Source of the DNA: Gammaproteobacteria bacterium
GTDB lineage: Bacteria > Pseudomonadota > Gammaproteobacteria > Pseudomonadales > Azotimanducaceae
Length of the DNA stretch: 55,150 bases
Assembly: GCA_002728675.1 (NCBI GenBank)
Contig: PBVL01000058.1
Coordinates: forward strand, 2,232 to 57,381
Direction of reading: 5' to 3'
Both the position numbers and the translations under genes were made by a program. Under the pieces are notes generated by a model. The model searched no databases. It saw only the letters and a list, made by a program, of their open reading frames with translations, and was not told the DNA's origin. Of this stretch, positions 35,744 to 44,069 are shown in pieces. Numbering within the stretch: the first letter of the stretch is position 1; every line of letters begins with the position of its first letter.

Positions 35744-36898
35744 TCAGCGCCCGACGAGGCTCCGCGAGATGAGTTCCTTCATGATCTCCGAGGTCCCGCC
35801 ATAGATTCGCTGCACACGTGAATCGAGGTACATGCGCGAGATGCGGTACTCGCTCATGTAGCCGTAGCCACCGAAAAGCTGCACACACTCGTCCGCAACC
35901 CGTCCCTGCATCTCGCTTGCGGCAAGCTTGCACATAGAGGCCTCTTCGGTGGTCAGATCGCCGCTGATGTAACGCCGGATGTATTTCTCCGCCATCGCGC
36001 GGTTCAGTTCGATCTCGGTCTTGATTTCCGCCAGCCTGTAACGCGTGTTCTGGAACTTGGAAACGGACTGACCGAATGCCTGACGCTCCATGACGTAGTC
36101 GACAGTGAGATCCAGCATGCCGTCGGCTGCGCCGACGCAGCCAACACCGAGAATCAGTCTCTCGCGGGGCAGTTCGTTCATCAGGTTGGCGAAACCTTTG
36201 CCTTCGCCGCCGAGAACGTCGCCCGAGGTGACGCGGACATCCTCAAAAAACAGCTCACTGGTGTCGCCGGAGTGGAGTCCCATCTTGTCGAGATTGCGCC
36301 CCCGCTGAAAACCGAGAAGGTGACAGTCGACAGTAAACAGCGACATGCCCCGCGCACCCTGTGTCGGGTCGGTCTTGGTCGATAGCACAATGACATCAGC
36401 GTGCTGTCCGTTCGTGATGAACGTCTTCTGTCCGTTGATCAGGAAATCGTCACCGTCACGCAGGGCGGTCGTCCGCATCGACTGCAGGTCCGAACCCGCC
36501 ACCGGCTCACTCATGCCGATTGCACCAACACACTCCCCGGATGCCATCTTCGGGAGCCAGCGCTGCTTCTGCTCTTCGCTGCCGAGGTGCAGGATGTAAG
36601 GCGCAACAATGTCGGAGTGGACGGAAACGCCCGATGCCAGGGCACCGTAACCGGCCCGACTCAATTCCTCGACGACGACGGCGGACAGTTCGAACGTCGT
36701 GTCATAGCCTCCGTACGCGGAGGGCATGTCGACACACAGAAAGCCGTTTTCACCAAACTGGTTCCACACTTCGCGCGGCCAGATTCCGGCTTTCTCCCAG
36801 GACTCGTAATGAGGCTCGATCTCTTTCTCGAGAAACTTGCGCAGGCTGTCACGAAACAGCTCTTTTTCGGTCGAATCCAACTGCACGGCATCACTCAT
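35744..36898 (-). CDS. acyl-CoA dehydrogenase
   Basis: ORF 35744-36982. The ATG at 36898 gives MSDAVQLDSTEKELFRD... GMSEP.AGSD, ITNG and the C-terminal QIYGGTSEIM motifs. Confidence 0.9.
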   Translation of the reverse strand: MSDAVQLDSTEKELFRDSLRKFLEKEIEPHYESWEKAGIWPREVWNQFGENGFLCVDMPSAYGGYDTTFELSAVVVEELSRAGYGALASGVSVHSDIVAPYILHLGSEEQKQRWLPKMASGECVGAIGMSEPVAGSDLQSMRTTALRDGDDFLINGQKTFITNGQHADVIVLSTKTDPTQGARGMSLFTVDCHLLGFQRGRNLDKMGLHSGDTSELFFEDVRVTSGDVLGGEGKGFANLMNELPRERLILGVGCVGAADGMLDLTVDYVMERQAFGQSVSKFQNTRYRLAEIKTEIELNRAMAEKYIRRYISGDLTTEEASMCKLAASEMQGRVADECVQLFGGYGYMSEYRISRMYLDSRVQRIYGGTSEIMKELISRSLVGR

Positions 36899-37096
36899 TG
36901 CGCACCTCACTTGCCACACGTTCCAGACCGACGAGCATAGCAGATCACGGCATTCCCACCGCCGCTGACAGGCACACGACACTCAGCAAATTGCCAACAT
37001 TTGTAAGCCCCGCAAAGACAACTATTTGACCGGTGGGTTAGGTTGTGGGTCCTGCGCGCGCTACACTAAGTTGTCCAAAGGATCTGGAACGCATTG

Positions 37097-39262
37097 ATGG
37101 CGGAGGCCGTAGTCAGTCGCCCAGCAACCGGCGCTCGCGTTGTGACAGCCGGCGATGAGGTAGTCTTGTTCGGTCAGCCACCCGAAGTGCTGAAGGGGCT
37201 GATGTTAACCAGAACATCACCGTTCACCGCGGTCGTGTTGAGCGATGTCAGGGAACGTGACGGCAAGCTGACGAACAACCTCGAGTTTCCACTCTACTTC
37301 TTCCTGTTCGTCACCGGAGCGTTCTTCCGGGGCGAGCGCCTTGCGCTTGTCGGTGATGAAATCTCCATCTCTCACGCGCTGCGCCTTCTGCGCCTGACCC
37401 TGCTGGGTCCCACTGCTGCCGAACTCGACTGCTGGGACACTGACGAGGCGCTGAAAAAAGAGTGGCTCCGCGTAGCCGAGGAACTTGCCCTGAAGAACGA
37501 CGAAGGCAAAATCGTCGACATCGAAGGTTTTTTCGACATCCGCCCCTTCACGGACGGTGCAGCAACGGTTGGCGGCCTGACCATCGAACACAGCGGTACG
37601 GACCATTACACCGTCCGCGGCAGCGACAACACCGTGACGGTTGACCTCAATGAGGACGAGGTACTCGATCCCGCGTATCCGGTCCAGGCCGACTACACAC
37701 CAGGCGGCCTGGTGAAGATGGGACTCGAAGTGCTGGGCGGCGCCTCAGGCTTCACACCCAACGAACCCTGCACCGGCCTCGCGCTCTGCTTCAACGGCGA
37801 CTACATCCTGATCGACTCGATACCGTTCCTCGACGAGCACCTGTTCGCACGTGGAATATCGAAGAACCAGATCTCGGCCTGTTTCCTGACGCATCTGCAC
37901 GACGATCACTGCACGATGTTCCCACTCATGTTGATGCCGCACGTCGTGGAAGTCATTACGACCCGGGAAATCTACAACATGGCGATGGAGAAGCTCGCCT
38001 GCTCGCTCGGCTGGACCAACGAGACGGTTCGTGAGTTCTTCAAACTGGTTGAGGTCGTGCCGAACGAGACGCGCAACTACTACGGTCTGCGCATCCAGCC
38101 GCATCTGACCGTGCACAGTATCCCGACCATCGGTGCGAGCTTCAGTGCCACGCACCGCGGTTACGAGCGGCAGATCTGTGTCGTTGGGGACAACCATAAA
38201 ATGACCGCGATCCGGGACATGAACGAGTCGGGCATCGTCCGGCACTCGACGTATGCCCGACTCGAAGCCCTCTATACCGACCGTTTCAGCCTGCTGGTTG
38301 CGGACGGCGGCGCGGGAGCAATCCACGGCGACCCTGCTGACGCGCTCCGCTCCGAATCCGATCGGGTTGTCTATGTCCACGTCGAGGAACTCTCGAACGA
38401 GTTCGATACGACATTCTCGCTCGCCAGTGCCGGCAAACGCTATACGGTAATCGACGGCGATCAGAGCCTGTATACCAGTCAGGTGAACCACTACCTCAAC
38501 CAGTGGCTTGGGGCACCCTTCCCGAACCGATGGATGCGCTCGCTGCTCGCGGAAGAGGAAATCCGTCGCTACAACACCGACGACGTCATCCTCGTGCAGG
38601 ATGCTGTAACCCGCGGGTACGTCTACCTCATCCTCACCGGCTACTGCGAGGTCATGCAGCACGACGGCTCCGGTCTCACGTCACTCGCGAAGCTCCAGGC
38701 AGGCGACGTCATCGGCGAAATGGCGATCGTGACCGGTACGGGGCTGCGCAACGCCAGCGTGGTCGCACGGACGCCTGTGACAGTCTGTGTCTTCTCAGAA
38801 GACACATTTGCCGCGTTCCTCGACGCCCTCGGCTTCGACGATGCGCTGCTCGAACGCTGGCGACTGCGCCCCATCCTGCGCTCGCTGCCGCTGTTCCAGG
38901 ATCTGACGTCAACCGTCCTGGAGAAGCTCGCAAGCATCGGCGAGTACATCCAGCTGTCGGACGGCACCCGCTACACTGCCGATCCCGGCGGGTGGTATGT
39001 GCTGGGGGAAGGTGACGTGCAGTCTTCCGACTCGGATACCAGGCACGCACCGCTCCGGGAATTCGGCTGGATGCCGCTGGCCGGGGAGCGACCGGCCGCG
39101 CTGACGGCGCGGGGACCCGCCGTACTCGTTCGTTTTGACAGAACGCGGCTCGAAGGGTTGCGGCGCACCGTGCCCCAGTTCAACTATTTCCTCCGCAAGT
39201 TCAGGGACACCCACAGTGAGCGGCAAACGGTGTGGCAACTCGGCACCGTGAACACACGCTGA
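37097..39262 (+). CDS. multidomain protein: unknown N-domain + metallo-beta-lactamase fold (class II cNMP phosphodiesterase-like) + cyclic-nucleotide-binding domain(s)
   Basis: 722-aa ORF (TTG 37094/ATG 37097). LEVLGGASGF...ILIDS... and the FLTHLHDDHC (HxHxDH) metal motif. The C-terminal cNMP-binding signature is DVIGEMAIVTGTGLRNASVVA, followed by a second, degenerate CNB-like repeat. Confidence 0.8.
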   Translation: MAEAVVSRPATGARVVTAGDEVVLFGQPPEVLKGLMLTRTSPFTAVVLSDVRERDGKLTNNLEFPLYFFLFVTGAFFRGERLALVGDEISISHALRLLRLTLLGPTAAELDCWDTDEALKKEWLRVAEELALKNDEGKIVDIEGFFDIRPFTDGAATVGGLTIEHSGTDHYTVRGSDNTVTVDLNEDEVLDPAYPVQADYTPGGLVKMGLEVLGGASGFTPNEPCTGLALCFNGDYILIDSIPFLDEHLFARGISKNQISACFLTHLHDDHCTMFPLMLMPHVVEVITTREIYNMAMEKLACSLGWTNETVREFFKLVEVVPNETRNYYGLRIQPHLTVHSIPTIGASFSATHRGYERQICVVGDNHKMTAIRDMNESGIVRHSTYARLEALYTDRFSLLVADGGAGAIHGDPADALRSESDRVVYVHVEELSNEFDTTFSLASAGKRYTVIDGDQSLYTSQVNHYLNQWLGAPFPNRWMRSLLAEEEIRRYNTDDVILVQDAVTRGYVYLILTGYCEVMQHDGSGLTSLAKLQAGDVIGEMAIVTGTGLRNASVVARTPVTVCVFSEDTFAAFLDALGFDDALLERWRLRPILRSLPLFQDLTSTVLEKLASIGEYIQLSDGTRYTADPGGWYVLGEGDVQSSDSDTRHAPLREFGWMPLAGERPAALTARGPAVLVRFDRTRLEGLRRTVPQFNYFLRKFRDTHSERQTVWQLGTVNTR

Positions 39263-39362
39263 CCCGACCGGGATCAGACGTTGGCATTCAGCAGACTCAC
39301 CGGTCCCGAGCAGGATCGATGAGTGACTCCCCGCCGGCCGAGCGGCGAACAGACGCGTCATT

Positions 39363-40940
39363 TCAGATGATGTTCGACGGACCTGGCGCAACCGTGTGCG
39401 CGAGCTCGGCTTCGATCAGCCGCGGGCCGCGCTGATTCATCGCGGACTCGAACTGCGCGTTGAACTCTTCAGCGGTCGTCGCGAGAGAAGACTCGACTCC
39501 CATGCCACGCCCCATCGCGACAAAGCTCAGATCCGGGTTGGTGAGATCCAGCATGTCGAGCGTTTTCTTGTTCATGGTCTGGGCGCCTACCCGGGCCAGT
39601 TCAACCTGCAGGATCTGATACTTCCGGTTGGACAGGATGACGACCGTCACGTCCAGATTCTCGCGAGCCATCGTCCAGAGGGCCTGGATCGTGTACATCG
39701 CGCCGCCATCCCCGTGGACGCAGACGACCTTGCGATCCGGGCAGGCAACTGCCACGCCAACCGCGCAGGGCAGTCCGTAGCCAATCGAGCCTCCGGTCAG
39801 CGAGAGCCAGTCGTGGGGCTGCGCTACCGCGCACATGCCGGAGGTGGGGCCACCGGCGGTCGCGCCTTCATCGACCACAACCGCGTTTTCGGGCAGCAGC
39901 GTACTGACGGCCTGGCCAATGGATTTCGGTGAGAGCTCACCCTTGCCAAGTCCCGGCGTCGCGAGCTCAACGAGGCGCGGCGCATCGGTTGCGCCAACTT
40001 CGTCCGCAACGGCCGCGAGCGCCTTTTCGGCGTCTTCACCCACATCCGCGAGCGTATGCAGCGCTGCTTCCTCCGGGTAGAACTTGCTGGGCTTGCCGGG
40101 GTAGGCAAAGAAGCCAACCGGCGCCTTGGTGCCAACCATGATGAGCTGTTCGATGTCCTTGATCTGTTCGGTTGCCTGCTCGGCGAAGTACCCGAGGCGT
40201 TCCAACTGGGCCCGGCCGGCGCCGCGCGCCAGACGTTTGGTGAAGGTGTCACAGAACACCCGCGCACCCGTCTTCTGCGCAATACGGTCGGCAAGTGCGA
40301 CGCCTTCGGCACTCAGCGCGAGGTGCGACATGAGGAGTACCGTCGGCTTCCCATTGGTCAGCATTTCCGCAGCGCGTCGAATCGACGCCGGGTCCGCCTC
40401 GGGAGTCTCGGGGCGTCCGAGGTCCGGATGCGGATCCACCGACTCGTTCCAGGCGCAATCGGCGGGCACGATCAGTGTGGAGACCCGGCCCGGTTGATGG
40501 CTCGCTTCGTAGACGGCCTGCGCAGCGTCTTTGGGCAGATCCTCCGCTGTCGCAACCGAGTGCACCCAGTGCGAGACCGGTTCGGCAAGCGTAATGATGT
40601 CGGACGTGAGCGGCGCGTCGTACTGCTTGTGATAGGTCGCGTGATCGCCGATCAGGTTCAGCACCGGCGAATTGGCCTTGCGCGCGTTGTGCAGATTTGC
40701 CGAACCATTCGACAGTCCCGGTCCTAGATGCAGGAGCGTGCACGCCGGTTTGTCAGCCATGCGGCCGTAGCCGTCCGCCGCTCCCGTACAGACACCCTCG
40801 AACAGGGCAAGCACCGAGCGCATGCCGGTGGTCTTACCGATTGCGGCCACCATGTGCATTTCGGACGTGCCGGGGTTCGTGAAGCACGCCTCCACGCCGT
40901 TGTTGATGAGGGTCTGTAGCAGGCTCTCTGCACCGTTCAT
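39363..40940 (-). CDS. thiamine-diphosphate-dependent enzyme (acetolactate synthase large-subunit-like)
   Basis: ORF 39363-41066. The ATG at 40940 gives MNGAESLLQTLINNGVEACFTNPGTSEMH... TPP motif GDGGAMYTIQALWT...N present. Confidence 0.85.
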   Translation of the reverse strand: MNGAESLLQTLINNGVEACFTNPGTSEMHMVAAIGKTTGMRSVLALFEGVCTGAADGYGRMADKPACTLLHLGPGLSNGSANLHNARKANSPVLNLIGDHATYHKQYDAPLTSDIITLAEPVSHWVHSVATAEDLPKDAAQAVYEASHQPGRVSTLIVPADCAWNESVDPHPDLGRPETPEADPASIRRAAEMLTNGKPTVLLMSHLALSAEGVALADRIAQKTGARVFCDTFTKRLARGAGRAQLERLGYFAEQATEQIKDIEQLIMVGTKAPVGFFAYPGKPSKFYPEEAALHTLADVGEDAEKALAAVADEVGATDAPRLVELATPGLGKGELSPKSIGQAVSTLLPENAVVVDEGATAGGPTSGMCAVAQPHDWLSLTGGSIGYGLPCAVGVAVACPDRKVVCVHGDGGAMYTIQALWTMARENLDVTVVILSNRKYQILQVELARVGAQTMNKKTLDMLDLTNPDLSFVAMGRGMGVESSLATTAEEFNAQFESAMNQRGPRLIEAELAHTVAPGPSNII

Positions 40941-41124
40941 CGTCGTCTCCGTACCAATCCGAGGGGGCGCGGAGTATACCGGCAACCTCCGTCTGTCGTC
41001 CCTACCCGACCACACGCGCCGTAATTCGGTGTGGTGAAAATCGCCATTAGTTCCGTTCCGTCTCAACGAATTGAGCCAATCAAGCCTCTTGGCGAGGCAC
41101 GCGGATCACAGACAAGTTCGATAT

Positions 41125-41137
41125 TTTCAATGCGTTA
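41125..41137 (+). promoter_or_regulatory. IHF-like site upstream of the sigma54-type promoter
   Basis: TTTCAATGCGTTA versus consensus WATCAANNNNTTR (one mismatch), 18 nt upstream of the TGGCAC element. Confidence 0.25.
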
Positions 41138-41154
41138 GGGAAACCCACCCAACT

Positions 41155-41169
41155 TGGCACGGCATTTGA
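41155..41169 (+). promoter_or_regulatory. sigma54 (-24/-12) type promoter
   Basis: TGGCAC-GGCAT-TTGA with correct 5-nt spacing. It resembles the E. coli pspA promoter TGGCACGCAAATTGT as I recall it. Oriented toward pspA. Confidence 0.45.
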
Positions 41170-41214
41170 AACATGTTGACCAACATCGCTTGCTACAGAT
41201 ACGGAACGCCACCC

Positions 41215-41445
41215 ATGACTACGGAACTGCTCAGGCATCGTCAGCACTCAAACGTCGTGACCGCGATCGCGCTGACGGCTTTCGTGTTCGTACTGGCCCT
41301 CTTCCCCCAACTGCGTGTGGGGCCGGAGGCATCGACCGCCGGGACCGCTTGCGCAGTCGATGCGGCAATGGTCTGCGCGACCACCTCCGATGAATCTTCG
41401 CCTCGCTCGAGTCTCCCGAGCTTCGCAACCACTTTCATCCACTGA
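41215..41445 (+). CDS. hypothetical small single-pass membrane protein (76 aa) in the pspA leader
   Basis: ATG 41215 lies about 35 nt downstream of the predicted sigma54 start. It encodes one TM helix (VVTAIALTAFVFVLALF). Third-position GC is 72% by my own codon count. GC content rises at the ORF start. No homology recognised. Confidence 0.3.
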   Translation: MTTELLRHRQHSNVVTAIALTAFVFVLALFPQLRVGPEASTAGTACAVDAAMVCATTSDESSPRSSLPSFATTFIH

Positions 41446-41494
41446 ACCGATCGACGCACGACCGCGTCAATCGGGCCAGCACAAGGAAACTGCC

Positions 41495-42262
41495 ATGAGC
41501 ACCTTCAGCCGCTTCACCGACATCATCAATTCGAACATCAACGCTATCCTCGAGAAGGCCGACGATCCCGAGAAGATGATCAAACTGCTGCTCGCCGAGA
41601 TGCAGGAAACCCTCGTCGAGGTGCGGGCAGCCTCTGCGCGGAGCATTGCCGAGCAGAAACAGGCTCGACACCGTGCCGCGGCGGCCAGGCGTGAGACGGT
41701 GGAATGGGAGTCCCGCGCGGAACTCGCCATTGAACGGAGTCGGGACGACCTTGCACGTGCGGCGATCGCCGAACGGGGTCGCGCGGAGGAGCGGGCGATC
41801 GAGGTAGAGGGTGACGTCGCAGCGCTCGACGACGCGATCGCCCGTCAGCAGGAGGATACGAAGGCGCTCGAGGAGAAACTCGCCGCGGCAAGATCGCGCG
41901 AACAGTCGCTCATGCTGCGCGGCCGGACGGCCAGTTCGCGGCTCAAGGTGCGGCGCCAACTCGATGGCGGCAGCTACAACGACGCGTTCGACAAGTTCGC
42001 GGAATACGAGCGCCGCCTGGACGAAATGGAAGGCGCGGTTGAAGCGTACGATCTCACGGGCCGCTCGCTCGTCGAGGAGATCGAGTCGATGGAGGCGAAC
42101 GACGCCATCGAGGACGAACTCAACCGGCTCAAGGCCAAAGTCAAAGGATTCACGGTCGTGCAGGGCAGCAGGCTGCCTGGGCCCCCGACTTCGGGGACCA
42201 CCTCACCCACCAGCCCGAAGCCCGACGTCAAAGGCGTGGAACACGAGCCTGACGAACGCTGA
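41495..42262 (+). CDS. pspA: phage shock protein A (PspA/IM30)
   Basis: ORF 41315-42262. ATG 41495 is preceded by AAGGAA at 6 nt. MSTFSRFTDIINSNINAILEKADDPEKMIKLLLAEMQETLVEVR is near-canonical PspA, and the rest is coiled-coil. Confidence 0.9.
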   Translation: MSTFSRFTDIINSNINAILEKADDPEKMIKLLLAEMQETLVEVRAASARSIAEQKQARHRAAAARRETVEWESRAELAIERSRDDLARAAIAERGRAEERAIEVEGDVAALDDAIARQQEDTKALEEKLAAARSREQSLMLRGRTASSRLKVRRQLDGGSYNDAFDKFAEYERRLDEMEGAVEAYDLTGRSLVEEIESMEANDAIEDELNRLKAKVKGFTVVQGSRLPGPPTSGTTSPTSPKPDVKGVEHEPDER

Positions 42263-42320
42263 GGCCCGTCGCCACGACGTCCCAGCTTTTTTCCCCAATC
42301 GCAGGAACAAGGAGCCTCAC

Positions 42321-42560
42321 ATCCGCCACTCAGATCACGAGAGTTGTCTGCCACGTCGCCGTCGCCTCGCAACGGACCCGGCGCGCGGCAAAGTGGGCGG
42401 CGTGTGTGCGGGGCTGGCACGGTACATGGGTGGCCAGGCGGTGTTCTTCCGGATTGCCGCGGTGCTGGGCCTCTTCACTATGCCAGGCGTCACCGTGACC
42501 GCATACCTCGCGGCTTGTCTGCTCCTCGACAAGATCCCCTCACGGCGCCGCTACTGGTAA
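42321..42560 (+). CDS. pspC: PspC-domain envelope stress protein (non-canonical start)
   Basis: The frame of track ORF 41811-42560 encodes ...RRLATDPARGKVGGVCAGLARYMGGQAVFFRIAAVLGLFTMPGVTVTAYLAACLLLD, the PspC domain. There is no ATG/GTG/TTG upstream of the domain. AAGGAG (42309-42314) sits 6 nt before the in-frame ATC 42321. CTG 42348 is an alternative. Confidence 0.65.
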   Translation: MRHSDHESCLPRRRRLATDPARGKVGGVCAGLARYMGGQAVFFRIAAVLGLFTMPGVTVTAYLAACLLLDKIPSRRRYW

Positions 42561-42585
42561 CAGCTGCGATGCGGATTCCATGACC

Positions 42586-42603
42586 GGGATTGGTGGCAAT
42601 CCC
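42586..42603. terminator. perfect hairpin between convergent genes
   Basis: GGGATTG-GTGG-CAATCCC (7 bp) lies between the pspC stop and the stop of the convergent gene. No U-tract. Confidence 0.3.
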
Positions 42604-42664
42604 CTGCACCGGCTCGGCAACATCTGCCATGGCGCGCAGTTCAATCCCACGACGCCGCTGTCGG

Positions 42665-43252
42665 TCAGGCCGCTGCCCTGCCCTGGCGACGCAATTTGAG
42701 CTCGGCCAGTTTCTTCCGCTCGGCAAGATAGTGAGCAAGAACCTGGCCGCGGTGGAGAGTGATCCTGAACGCGTGCCCGCGCAGCGGCTCATGACCGCGC
42801 ATGACCTGGCGCAGATGTGCAATCTGATCCGCAATCACCGCAACGTTGCTGCGGGTTTCCTTGTTGTATCGATCGAGGTCCGGTAGCTGGGGCGGCACCT
42901 GGTTGCGGATGTCACGGGCAATCAGTTGGTAGGCCTGATCCGCCTCGGATCGGGACCGAACGCAGAACTCCTGAAGCTGCGTCAGCCAGTCTGCAACCGC
43001 GGTCTTGACGGCTTCGCCGATGACCGAGTGCCGCGCATCACCCTGCAGCGTCTCAAAGTCGATGGCGAGTTGCTGCCACACCAGCGCCGCATCGGTCAGC
43101 GCAGCCGCCGGGTCCGGTGCCTCCTCGGGCGGTGCCTCGGGTGTTGGCGACGCGGGCCACCGCATGCGGGCCGCCGTCCAGACCGACAGACCCAACGCTG
43201 CACTCGCTACGATCAGCGCGCCACCGGCCATCCAAACCGCAATCCCATCCAT
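42665..43252 (-). CDS. hypothetical membrane-anchored protein
   Basis: 195-aa ORF. N-terminal TM (IAVWMAGGALIVASAALGLSVW), a Pro/Glu/Ala linker, then a helical soluble domain. No family recognised. Confidence 0.55.
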   Translation of the reverse strand: MDGIAVWMAGGALIVASAALGLSVWTAARMRWPASPTPEAPPEEAPDPAAALTDAALVWQQLAIDFETLQGDARHSVIGEAVKTAVADWLTQLQEFCVRSRSEADQAYQLIARDIRNQVPPQLPDLDRYNKETRSNVAVIADQIAHLRQVMRGHEPLRGHAFRITLHRGQVLAHYLAERKKLAELKLRRQGRAAA

Positions 43253-43343
43253 GCTGCAGACTTCCCCTCGTTCCGTGGCCCTGCGGTTGCAACGCCGACA
43301 CGATGCTCCCTTTCACCATAGACCAGGAATCAGGGTTCCGCCG

Positions 43344-44069
43344 CTAACGGGCAAACAGAAAGTTCAGTATCCAGCGCGCAACGAGGTCGCGGTCGTTCTC
43401 GAGCTCGAGCGAAGCCATCCCGTTTGCCCATGTCGACTCGCCGAGGACCTCCCGCCGCATGCCCATGAGCGCCGCCGAATAGCCGGCAACAAACTCCGGG
43501 TGGCCCTGCAGCGCGAGAATGTGATTGCCGATCGAAAACATGGACGCAGGGCAGAATCCGCTACCGGCATGGAGCGTCGCCTGTTCGGGCAACGTGGTGA
43601 CCTGATCCCGGTGCGAAACGATCAGATTGAACCGGGATCTTGCCGGCCGCATGAAGTCGGCGGCATGCTGCACGACGCTTTCAGCGATACCGACGCCCCA
43701 GCCGACATCGGCGCCCCGGGTCTCTCCGCCAAGCGCCCTCGCGACCATCTGATGGCCGAAGCAGATCCCCACGAGTTTGATCTGCCCCGCGTGCAACACG
43801 CGGACATAGTCCTCGAGGGTTCGGATCCAGTCTTCGTCGTCGTACACGCTCGCCCGACTGCCGGTAATGACGTAGGCATCACACTCATCGGGTTGCGCGG
43901 GGTATTGGCCCTGACTGACGTCATAGACCACCCATTCGAACGTCTCATCCGCGGTCGCCGCGCGTTCCAGCACTTCGCGCAGCATCAGGGGATAGTCACC
44001 AAACTCGTCCTGGAACTGCGGCAGGACGGTGTCCGGCTGGAGCACCCCAACCTTGCAGCGCGCGATCAT
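43344..44069 (-). CDS. class I glutamine amidotransferase-like protein (possible gamma-glutamyl hydrolase)
   Basis: 241-aa ORF. Nucleophile elbow VGICFGHQMVA and HPE (QGHPEF) motifs. ATGA overlap with the upstream gene. Confidence 0.85.
   Translation of the reverse strand: MIARCKVGVLQPDTVLPQFQDEFGDYPLMLREVLERAATADETFEWVVYDVSQGQYPAQPDECDAYVITGSRASVYDDEDWIRTLEDYVRVLHAGQIKLVGICFGHQMVARALGGETRGADVGWGVGIAESVVQHAADFMRPARSRFNLIVSHRDQVTTLPEQATLHAGSGFCPASMFSIGNHILALQGHPEFVAGYSAALMGMRREVLGESTWANGMASLELENDRDLVARWILNFLFAR

Noticed and set aside
41173-41445. 90-aa version of the leader ORF starting at ATG 41173
   Set aside because: This ATG lies only 4 nt after the -12 element of the predicted sigma54 promoter, so it would precede the transcription start. 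The ATG at 41215 is compatible with that promoter.
42344-42583. TTG-initiated 79-aa ORF overlapping pspC
   Set aside because: It is in a different frame from the clear PspC domain, and its translation (SPSPRNGPGARQSGRRV...) is not protein-like.
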